From: Phycisphaerae bacterium
Lineage (GTDB): Bacteria > Planctomycetota > Phycisphaerae > UBA1845 > Fen-1342
Reading direction: 5' to 3'
Assembly (NCBI GenBank): GCA_050115495.1
Contig: JASFQK010000048.1
Location: 1 to 42,855, forward strand
Length of the DNA stretch: 42,855 nt
Part shown: positions 29,153 through 36,904 of the stretch, piece after piece
Numbering within the stretch: position 1 is the first letter of the stretch
Layout: the number at the start of each line of letters is the position of its first letter
Made by a program: the position numbers and the translations under genes
Notes under the pieces: generated by a model
What the model saw: only the letters and a program-made list of their open reading frames with translations
Told to the model about the DNA's origin: nothing
Databases searched by the model: none

Positions 29153-29563
29153 TTGAACCAGCCCAAGTCGAACAAGGCGGAGCAGATTGCTGCGGCGGCC
29201 AAGTCGTTCGAACAGGAGCGCACCGGCCACCGGCCCAAGTCGGTGACCGTGGTTCTGAGCGACGACGCGTTGGTCATCACGCTGCATGGCGCCTTGTCGG
29301 AGGCCGAGAAGGCCCTGGCCAAGGACCCCAACGGCGCTGCCAAGGTGCAGGAGTTTCACCAGCAACTCTTCGCGAGCGCCGCGGGGAGCCTCCGGACGGA
29401 GATCGAACGGATCACCGGCGTAAAGGTGCGCGAGGCGACAGCAGAGATCGAGCCGAGCACCGGGACCGTAGTCAGGGCCTTCGCGAGCGGCACCGTGGTG
29501 CAGGTGTTCCTGCTCGCGGGCAATGTCGAGACGGACGTGTGGAGCAATGACCGGCCCACCTGA
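29153..29563 (+). CDS. DUF2294/MpsC-family protein, type B copy 2 (TTG start)
   Basis: FEQERTGHRPKSVTVVLSDDALVITLHGALSEAE...; start inferred by alignment with 20943-21362 and a GAGGA RBS. Confidence 0.85.
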   Translation: MNQPKSNKAEQIAAAAKSFEQERTGHRPKSVTVVLSDDALVITLHGALSEAEKALAKDPNGAAKVQEFHQQLFASAAGSLRTEIERITGVKVREATAEIEPSTGTVVRAFASGTVVQVFLLAGNVETDVWSNDRPT

Positions 29564-29692
29564 ACCGTATAGGCCGGAAAGTGATGCTCTCTGGAGGGAG
29601 AGATGCCTGGGATTGCGGTCGGGGTGCGCGTTGCCCGTTCGGGACGCTCGCTCGGCCGCGGTGGACACACGAAGTCGAAAGGATGGTGGCAG

Positions 29693-29977
29693 ATGTTGTC
29701 TGTGACGAAGCCCGCGCTCAAACGGCTGTCCCGTAGGCTGGTCCGCAAGGGCGCTGCCGACGGAATGGCGCTGCGATTCAAACGTCGAGAGGGCGGCTGG
29801 ACGCTGCGTGTGGAACACGAATCTCCCGGCGATACCGCGTTCAGCCACGATGGTCGGACGGTGCTCTTGCTGGATGCGGAAGTATCGAAAGCGATGGCGG
29901 ACATGACGCTGTACGCGCGAAAGGTCGGCCAGCGTTCGCAACTCAAGCTGCGCCGCACCGAGCGCCGCGGAGACTAG
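29693..29977 (+). CDS. HesB/IscA-like fold small protein lacking cysteines
   Basis: MLSVTKPALKRL...ALRF...PGDTAFSHDGRTVLLLD pattern; AAGGA RBS. Confidence 0.6.
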   Translation: MLSVTKPALKRLSRRLVRKGAADGMALRFKRREGGWTLRVEHESPGDTAFSHDGRTVLLLDAEVSKAMADMTLYARKVGQRSQLKLRRTERRGD

Positions 29978-29980
29978 ACG

Positions 29981-31927
29981 GTGGAGCTACCGCGACGATC
30001 CCGCGACGATGTTTACCTGCCGGACGGGGAATTCCGGCGGCGTGTCCGCGCGCTACAGCAACTGAAGCATGCGCACGATCTGCGGATCGGCCTGGTTTAT
30101 GCGTTCGATTTCCGTACGCGCATGCTGCCGTTCTGGTACGCTGACAAACGCATGGCGCCGTGCTCGGTTCGTCTGCTGGCGGATGTGCTGCACGAGGCCG
30201 GCTTCACCAATCTCCGCATCGTCTTGCAGCAATGGTCACCGAGGGTCCTGCCCAGCCGGATGCGACTGAACGGCAAGCCGCTCGATATCCTGCTGGTCTC
30301 CTCCATGCAGGTGCATGCGAAGCCTGCGTACGAATTAGTGCGCGACGCGCATCAAATGGGCGATGGCCGTCCGTTGATCCTGGCCGGCGGCCCCAAGGCC
30401 GTTTATGAGCCGACCGACTTCTTCGAGATCGGTCCAGGGCCGGGGGGCGGCGCCGATTGCGTCGTCACCGGCGAGGCTTTCGTACTCCTGGACCTGCTGC
30501 ACACAATCCTTGCTGACCAGCATCCTCGTCGGACCGCACGCGACGCATTCGAGCAGGCCCGGTTGACGGGCAGGCTCAGTAGCGTTGCGGGGCTGGTCTA
30601 CTTATCGCCGGACGCGACTACCTGCGAGCCGATCGCCGTCAATACCGGTGTTCAGCGGCTGCTGCGCGACCTCGATGAATACTCGCTACCCGATGCCGGC
30701 TATCGCATGCTCGAGCCGCCACACCGCCGGCGGACGCTTGCCGCACGGCCGTGCGCGCCGCGACGCGTCGGGAGGCTCTCGCCCATTGCCTCGGTAATCG
30801 CGACACAGGGTTGCCGCTTCAACTGCCCATACTGTCCGATTCCCGCGGTCAATCAGCGAACCTGGCGGCACAAGAGTCCGCAGCGCCTCGCAGCTGAGAT
30901 CAAGCATATCTACGAGGACTTCGGCATACGCGAGTTCTTCGGGACCGATGACAACTTCTTCAACAATCGCGACTCGGTTGAGTCGTTGATGTGCGAGCTT
31001 GGCCGGACCACCACGGGCGGCGTTCCGCTCGGTAAGCGGATCAAGTTCTACACGGAGGGCACACAGGCGGATGTCTTCAAGAACCGGGATCTGCTGCCCA
31101 TGTGTCGCAACGCCGGCCTGCGCGGCATCTGGTTCGGGATCGAGGACCTCACCGGCAAACTCGTGAAGAAAGGCCAGAGCGCCGACCGCACGGAGCAGCT
31201 CTTCGCGCTAATGCACCGGCTCGGCATACAGCCGCACGTCATGATGATCCACAGCGACTCCCAGCCGTTGCGCTCACCGCCGGGTGACCTCTCCGGTCTC
31301 TTAAACCAAGCGCGTTACGTGTTCGACCAGGGCGCGGTCAGTTACCAGTGCACCTACCTGGGGCCGGCGATTGGCACGCGGAACCTGGAGCCGGCGCTGA
31401 CTTCCGGTGGCGTCTATCGGCAAGTGGGCGGGAAGCCCGTGCCAAACGCCTTCCAGGATGGCAACCACGTCGTCGCATCGCACCACCCGCGTCCCTGGCA
31501 GCAGCAGTTGAACCTGCTGCGCGCCTACGTCAGCTTCTACAACCCGATCAATACCGTCCGCGCCCTGCTGGGCATTCGCAAGGACTCGGTTTCTCCGAAA
31601 CGATTCGTACATCAGTTCATCGGGCAGATCGGTTTATTCCTGACGATACCGAGAATGCTGGCATGGGCTTGGCGACTCAGGCGTGGCCCGATCAAGCCAT
31701 ACCGCGGCCTGGCCGAGGCCCGCATCCCCATGGTGGACGCCGCCAACGGGCGGGAGATCAACTGGGCAATCGAGCACCTTGCGTCCCCGGCGTTGGCATC
31801 AACACAGCCCAGTGCCGCGACCGGTCTGGCTGCGCCGTACGAACCCACACCAGAACTGACATTTCGGCAAGTGGGGCTCCATCGTGGCGCGGATTCGCGC
31901 CTGGTGACATCGAAGGGGAGCCGCTGA
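29981..31927 (+). CDS. B12-binding domain radical SAM protein
   Basis: LILAGGPKA, VVTGEA, TQGCRFNCPYC, FGTDDNFF, IWFGIE. Confidence 0.9.
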   Translation: MELPRRSRDDVYLPDGEFRRRVRALQQLKHAHDLRIGLVYAFDFRTRMLPFWYADKRMAPCSVRLLADVLHEAGFTNLRIVLQQWSPRVLPSRMRLNGKPLDILLVSSMQVHAKPAYELVRDAHQMGDGRPLILAGGPKAVYEPTDFFEIGPGPGGGADCVVTGEAFVLLDLLHTILADQHPRRTARDAFEQARLTGRLSSVAGLVYLSPDATTCEPIAVNTGVQRLLRDLDEYSLPDAGYRMLEPPHRRRTLAARPCAPRRVGRLSPIASVIATQGCRFNCPYCPIPAVNQRTWRHKSPQRLAAEIKHIYEDFGIREFFGTDDNFFNNRDSVESLMCELGRTTTGGVPLGKRIKFYTEGTQADVFKNRDLLPMCRNAGLRGIWFGIEDLTGKLVKKGQSADRTEQLFALMHRLGIQPHVMMIHSDSQPLRSPPGDLSGLLNQARYVFDQGAVSYQCTYLGPAIGTRNLEPALTSGGVYRQVGGKPVPNAFQDGNHVVASHHPRPWQQQLNLLRAYVSFYNPINTVRALLGIRKDSVSPKRFVHQFIGQIGLFLTIPRMLAWAWRLRRGPIKPYRGLAEARIPMVDAANGREINWAIEHLASPALASTQPSAATGLAAPYEPTPELTFRQVGLHRGADSRLVTSKGSR

Positions 31928-32415
31928 TGGACAATCCGGAACCCACGGCCTACGACCGCGCCGAATCCGAAGAGATCGCCACACAGATTCAGATCGAACT
32001 GAGGCTATTGCTGAGTATTGAGCGGTCGCTACGAACCACGCTCCAGTGGATGACACGTGAACGCGGTAACACCCGCAAACTCTCGACCCTTCGCTCCGTA
32101 GCCCGTTCGTTCGAGCGGCAGCTCAGCCGCACACGGGTGCTCGCCGACCAGCCGGGCTACCTGCATCTGATCACCGCCGCGACGCCGGAACTGACGAGTG
32201 AAGTTCAGGAATTGCGAAGAGCCCGCGAAACGCTGAAAGCCGGCTTTGAGGGCATCGTTCTCCGGCTGGAGTACGTCTCGCCGGATAACGCCGATGCGCT
32301 CCAGCGAGTCTGTGCCGAGCTTGAGCGCTATCTTGACGATTTGAACGCCCACGGCCGGAAGGAACTGAAGCTGCTGCGACGCTCACGCAGCCGGGAGACA
32401 GACGCACCCGGATGA
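31927..32415 (+). CDS. Helical-bundle protein, degenerate hemerythrin-like
   Basis: TGATG coupling to the upstream gene; four-helix pattern ending LNAHGRKELKLL; most metal-ligand His residues appear substituted. Confidence 0.6.
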   Translation: MDNPEPTAYDRAESEEIATQIQIELRLLLSIERSLRTTLQWMTRERGNTRKLSTLRSVARSFERQLSRTRVLADQPGYLHLITAATPELTSEVQELRRARETLKAGFEGIVLRLEYVSPDNADALQRVCAELERYLDDLNAHGRKELKLLRRSRSRETDAPG

Positions 32416-32425
32416 ACGCGTCTAC

Positions 32426-33958
32426 ATGGGAACCATCGATCTTCCAAGCTGCCGATACAGAAATCCACGCAGCCCAAGCTCGATTCACTCGGTGCACGTG
32501 CATAGCGAAAGGACTACGACCATTCGCATATACCTGATAAACCCCCGCAACCCTCTGGCGGGTCTGACCGATCTGAAGGGTAGCCGCTGGAATCGCTACC
32601 GCGTCTGGAAGCCTCTGGGTCTTCTTACTCTCGCGGCCCTGACTCCTGCGGAATGGCAGATCACGATCTTCGACGAGAACATTCGCATGCCGGAGTACGA
32701 GAAGCTGCCGCGCCCGGACTTGGTCGGCGTGACCGCGTTCACGTCGCAGGCAAACCGCGCGTACGAACTCGCCGCCGAGTTTCGCGAACGCGGCGTTCCG
32801 GTCGTCATGGGTGGTATTCACGCCACGATGTGCCCGGACGAAGCCGCGGCCCGCGTTGATTCGATTGTGACGGGCGAGGCTGAGCAGGTCTGGGGCCAGG
32901 TCCTCGACGATGCCAGACATGGTGCCTTGCAGCCCCTTTATGAGGGTACGCACGCGACAATGGACGCGATGCCGCCGGCCCGCCACGATCTGCTCGCCGG
33001 CGACTACGCGTTTGGGTCGATCCAGACAACGCGCGGTTGCCCACTCAATTGCAGTTTCTGCAGCGTGACGTCCTTTAACGGATTCCGCTATCGCCAGCGG
33101 CCCATCGCCGACGTTGTTCGGGAGTTTGGCCTGATTCGCGAGAAGCTGGTGTTGGTCGTCGACGACAACCTGATCGGCACGAGCCAAGCGCACATCGCCC
33201 GCAGCAAGGAGCTGTTGCGTGCCATGATCCAGGCCAAGCTGCACAAGCGCTGGATCGCGCAGGTCACGATCAACATGGCCGACGACGATGAGCTGCTGGC
33301 GCTCGCCGCCCGCGCCGGATGCGCTGGTGTGTTCATCGGCTTCGAGTCGCCGACGGTCGCGGGCCTCAAGGAGGTCGGCAAGAAATTCAATCTGCTCAAT
33401 GGCCGGGACCTGGCGGCGTCCGTGCGTCGCATCCAACGTCACAAGATCCTGGTCGTCGGTTCGTTCATCATGGGACTGGATACCGACGAGCCGGGCATTG
33501 GCGCTCGAATCGCCGCTACGGCGACCCGCTACGGCGTGGACATCATGAACACGCTCTTTCTCACGCCGCTACCGGGCACGCGGTTGTGGGACGACCTGGA
33601 ATCGCAGGGCCGCATCGCCACCGACGGGTTTCCGGAAGATTGGCGGTATTACACGCTCACGTTCCCGGTCGCCCGCTATCGGCAGTTCACGCGTGCCGAC
33701 CTGGCCCACGAGATGGAAACGTGTGACGGGACGTTCTATTCCTTGCGGAACATCCTTCGCCGCGCCTGGGACAGCCTGTGGCACCGTCGCCGACCGGTGA
33801 TCTCGATCGTGGCCAACCTCTCTTACCGCAAGAACCTCCGCCAGAGTCAGAGGAGCTGCCGCGACTTCCTGGCGACGCGGCGTGCAACAAGCGTGGGACG
33901 GGCGTCCCCGCCCGTCGATCCCCGTGTGCCACTGCTTTCAAGCAGTGCGTCGGGCTGA
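32426..33958 (+). CDS. B12-binding domain radical SAM protein
   Basis: KPLGLLTLAALTP, VVMGGIHAT, TRGCPLNCSFC, VVDDNLIG. Homology begins at IRIYLINP (ATT at 32522 after AAGGA), so the true start is uncertain. Confidence 0.9.
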   Translation: MGTIDLPSCRYRNPRSPSSIHSVHVHSERTTTIRIYLINPRNPLAGLTDLKGSRWNRYRVWKPLGLLTLAALTPAEWQITIFDENIRMPEYEKLPRPDLVGVTAFTSQANRAYELAAEFRERGVPVVMGGIHATMCPDEAAARVDSIVTGEAEQVWGQVLDDARHGALQPLYEGTHATMDAMPPARHDLLAGDYAFGSIQTTRGCPLNCSFCSVTSFNGFRYRQRPIADVVREFGLIREKLVLVVDDNLIGTSQAHIARSKELLRAMIQAKLHKRWIAQVTINMADDDELLALAARAGCAGVFIGFESPTVAGLKEVGKKFNLLNGRDLAASVRRIQRHKILVVGSFIMGLDTDEPGIGARIAATATRYGVDIMNTLFLTPLPGTRLWDDLESQGRIATDGFPEDWRYYTLTFPVARYRQFTRADLAHEMETCDGTFYSLRNILRRAWDSLWHRRRPVISIVANLSYRKNLRQSQRSCRDFLATRRATSVGRASPPVDPRVPLLSSSASG

Positions 33959-34002
33959 CCCCATTGTGAAAACGCACTGCTCAAGAGCAGTGGCACACCG
34001 TC
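33888..34002. repeat. Composite REP-like palindromic element, copy A
   Basis: GTGGGACGGGCGTCCCCGCCCGTC plus GTGCCACTGCTTTCAAGCAGTG...CACTGCTCAAGAGCAGTGGCAC; similar copy at 42303-42425. Confidence 0.75.
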
Positions 34003-34019
34003 AGTGCTACCCGCCCCCT

Positions 34020-35444
34020 TCAGTTCTGTATGGCGTCCAATCGCCCGTTGACGAAGTATAGGTATGTGCCCAAGCCGTATACCCACTGCTCGCGTCTCCC
34101 CTCCGCGGTGGTGGTCCGATGGACGTCTTTGGGATCACCCCAGCTTAAGCGAGCCTGCTCGGGTGTCATGCCAATGAAGACGCTGCCTTTTTGAATCGCG
34201 GACCATGTTCTTTCGTCGTACGGGAAGAGCCGACGCGGGTCTTCGAGGAAAAAGTGCTCGGCGAACTCCCACTCCCGTCGAAGTATCTCTGACACATTGG
34301 TTCCGCTCAATTGACAGTCCAGGAAGCCTCGCTCACCAGAGGCAAGCTCCAGAATGAACCGGACTGGCTGGTGGTTGTACCAACCCGGCACAACGTCTAT
34401 CACCCTTACATGCGCGTACCGAGAGTCTGCGACCGTCCCGAACGTCTCGGTCCGCGGATCATATGTGACCAGCTCATTGCGGCTGGTCCAAAGACTCTTG
34501 CCCTTCCAAATCGCACGGGCCTTCTCGATGTCTGCAAGCGGCGCTACGGAGTCAATGCTCTCTCCGTAGGCAGTAGCTTCATAGACCTGGCCATTGTCGT
34601 CCATTCGTAGCGAGATTGTGTAAAGGACAACGCCATCGTAGGCGACGTCAACGACGGTTCCGATCCGTCCGACCGTTTCGGCGTAAGTCGGCTGTCCGAA
34701 CTCGCCTTGGCCCCCCTTGAAGCCATGATAGCCAAAGCGCTGCAAGCTCGCCGAGCTCTCTAGGAACTGCATCTTCTGTCCCTTCCAGTCGGCGATGGGG
34801 ACGTAGGGAAATTGGCCCATAAGCGCAGCCATCGCCTCGGAATGACGTTCACGCAAAGCCTCGGGGTCTGACGCGATCCGAGCTTCCTCCGCTTCGCGCT
34901 CGGCGCGTTCGGCTTCGTCCCGCCGTCTCTGGGCTTCTGCCGCAAGCCGGGCCTTCTCGCGCTCTTGTCGGGCCCGCTCCGCTTCCTGTTGGCGCTTCTC
35001 CTCGGCGAGTGCCCGGGCTTGATCCGCCGGGCTGACAAGCTTCCCGCCGATCGCCTTCCAACCGGCGCGCATTTTCCTGCGAAACTCGGTTTCTTGGTCG
35101 GACACCGCCCGGCGGACAGCTTCAATGTCGGCATTCAGCTTATCGTACGTCGCGACATCCGCGAACGGTGACTTGTTCACCTCGTCCGCCAAGTCTCGCA
35201 GAATTGCATTGGCACCATCGAAGTCAAACGCTTCGGCTTTGGTATTGGCCACTCGAAGCTGTTCAGCTACGTGCTGCGCAAGCTCCTGGCGCCCCGCCTC
35301 CTTTTTCTTGCTGTCGGTGCAGCCGACGGGTAGCGACGCGATTAGCCAGAGGATTAGGAGGAACAAGGCTTGCCGTGAGGCGTGAAGTGCATCCAGGCAG
35401 CGGAACCGCTGTTTCAGTGGTGATTGTTGCGAGCCCGAGACCAT
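34020..35444 (-). CDS. Hypothetical exported/membrane-anchored protein with coiled coil and C-terminal SmpA/BamE-like motif
   Basis: Hydrophobic segment ending LPVGC (lipobox-like), E/R/A-rich coil, C-terminal IGMTPEQARLSWGDP...EQWVY...YLYFVNGRL. Confidence 0.75.
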   Translation of the reverse strand: MVSGSQQSPLKQRFRCLDALHASRQALFLLILWLIASLPVGCTDSKKKEAGRQELAQHVAEQLRVANTKAEAFDFDGANAILRDLADEVNKSPFADVATYDKLNADIEAVRRAVSDQETEFRRKMRAGWKAIGGKLVSPADQARALAEEKRQQEAERARQEREKARLAAEAQRRRDEAERAEREAEEARIASDPEALRERHSEAMAALMGQFPYVPIADWKGQKMQFLESSASLQRFGYHGFKGGQGEFGQPTYAETVGRIGTVVDVAYDGVVLYTISLRMDDNGQVYEATAYGESIDSVAPLADIEKARAIWKGKSLWTSRNELVTYDPRTETFGTVADSRYAHVRVIDVVPGWYNHQPVRFILELASGERGFLDCQLSGTNVSEILRREWEFAEHFFLEDPRRLFPYDERTWSAIQKGSVFIGMTPEQARLSWGDPKDVHRTTTAEGRREQWVYGLGTYLYFVNGRLDAIQN

Positions 35445-35474
35445 TTCGTTTCATTCCCACCAAACGCCACTGCG

Positions 35475-35804
35475 CTACGCTCCCACGGTCGCGCTTGCCG
35501 TCTCGCTCCACGGTCCCTTCTGGCCGGTCGTGCTGACCCAACGGAGCATGTAATGGGCCGTCTTGCCCGCGTCGGCGCCGTCGAAATCCGTCGTATACGG
35601 CGTGCGCGTATCGACCGCCAGGAACGTCAACTCCTTCGGGTCCGCGGGCAGCGGGTTTTGATCAAAGCCGCGACCGTGAGCGAGCGGTCGACCCCGCATG
35701 GCAAGGTTGTTCACGTATCGCTCTGACCGCTTACTTACGTGCGCGGCTCTGATTGCTTCGGCGCCCATCACGCCGTCCGGCCCCGGCATGTAGTCGTTCG
35801 GCAT
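35475..35804 (-). pseudogene. Remnant of a fibronectin-III-like conserved hypothetical gene (internal deletion plus REP insertion)
   Basis: MPNDYMPGPD is joined to GVMGAE...ELTFLAVDTRTPY...HYMLRWVSTTGQKGPWSETASATVGA, the two ends of a normally longer family as I recall it. Confidence 0.55.
35661..35753. repeat. REP doublet (REPIN-like) inserted in frame
   Basis: ATCAAAGCCGCGACCGTGAGCGAGCGGTC and its imperfect inverted copy GACCGCTTACTTACGTGCGCGGCTCTGAT; 93 bp. Confidence 0.65.
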
Positions 35805-35944
35805 AAGCACACCCTGCTGTCAGAAGATTGGATTCAGACGCATCTATTGTCGGAACCTGTTCGGGGCTGTCAAGCGGGCGGACGCCCGAATCGGCGGCGG
35901 CATTATCGTGTCGGTCGGGCCGGCGCGGTCCGGAAAGCGACAAA

Positions 35945-36154
35945 CGCTGGGGCTCCGGCGGCCGCCCACGGCGTCCCAGGGAGTCTTCGCGGGCTTTCGC
36001 GAGTCTTCGCCGGGGCTCCGGGGATCTTCGCCGGGCGTCCGGGGATAAACCGCTGGCCTCCGGCGAGCGTCGGCGGGTTTCGGGGGACCGTCGCCGGGCT
36101 TCCGGCGAAAGTCCGCTGGGTCCCGAGAATCGTCCGCGGCCGGCGGCGAAAATG
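35945..36154. repeat. Degenerate ~21-bp tandem repeat (about 9-10 units)
   Basis: Units start at 35967, 35988, 36008, 36029, 36050, 36071, 36092, 36113, e.g. CGCCGGGGCTCCGGGGATCTT / CGCCGGGCGTCCGGGGATAAA / CGCCGGGCTTCCGGCGAAAGT. Confidence 0.65.
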
Positions 36155-36357
36155 GCTCCTGTACATCCTGCCGATCCCCGATATAATAGGGACGGTCGGA
36201 TTCACGAACGAGGCCGAGACCCGGCGTTGTGCCGCAAGTTTCGCAACTTACCGCCCAGATCGTACTCCCTCCTTCCTGGCCGGAACCACGGTCACTTTCA
36301 AGTGCAACCCTGAAAGTAAAGCAACGGGTTACGCATTCCATCGATAGGAGATATACG

Positions 36358-36669
36358 ATGGGTAGGAAATTGTATGTTGGAAACTTGGGCTATGGCGTGA
36401 GCAGTTCTGACTTGGAGCAGATGTTCGCGGCCCACGGCACGGTCGACAGTGCGCAGGTCATCGAAGACCGCTCAACGGGTCAGAGCAAGGGCTTCGGATT
36501 CGTCGAGATGGGCTCCGACTCCGAGGCGCAGGCCGCGATCACCTCGCTGAACGGACAAGAACACGGCGGGCGCACCCTCACGGTCAACGAGGCCAAGCCG
36601 CGGGAGCCGCGCAGCGGTGGCGGCTACGGCGGCGGCGGGAGTCGCGGGGGTTACGGCCGAGGCCGCTAG
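36358..36669 (+). CDS. RRM (RNP-1) RNA-binding protein with Gly-rich tail
   Basis: RNP2 LYVGNL, RNP1 KGFGFVEM, LTVNEAKPR, GGGYGGGG tail; AGGAG RBS. Confidence 0.96.
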   Translation: MGRKLYVGNLGYGVSSSDLEQMFAAHGTVDSAQVIEDRSTGQSKGFGFVEMGSDSEAQAAITSLNGQEHGGRTLTVNEAKPREPRSGGGYGGGGSRGGYGRGR

Positions 36670-36904
36670 GTTCCCCTCAACATCGAAACTGAACGGGAAG
36701 GCTGCGCAGCGCGGCCTTCCCCCTCCCTACGCAGGGGCGCTGGCATGCGCCAACCGCGCGGCGTGCGCGCCGCGAGCGGACGCGTGCTCCCGGGCCGGCC
36801 AGCATGGCACAGGCTGCGCGGAGCGCGCGGCGACCCCGATTCGATTAACACGATTTGAAAGACCGACAGACGGCCGTGGCCTAGCCCGGCCCATGGAGTA
36901 ATGA

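Noticed and set aside
20943..29563. MpsAB/DAB-type bicarbonate or Na+ transport system
   Set aside because: Only MpsC-like genes are present; there is no NuoL-like membrane subunit or DUF2309 gene in the window.
33924..33997. Cobalamin riboswitch (GCCACTG) near B12 radical SAM genes
   Set aside because: GCCACTG is part of a palindromic repeat at a gene 3' end that recurs at about 42350; other cobalamin riboswitch elements are absent.
33888..35500. Integron cassette bounded by attC sites
   Set aside because: The palindromes lack clear RYYYAAC/GTTRRRY ends and no integron integrase is present; a REP-like interpretation fits better.
35945..36154. Possible CRISPR array
   Set aside because: Units are contiguous, degenerate and lack unique spacers; there are no cas genes in the window.
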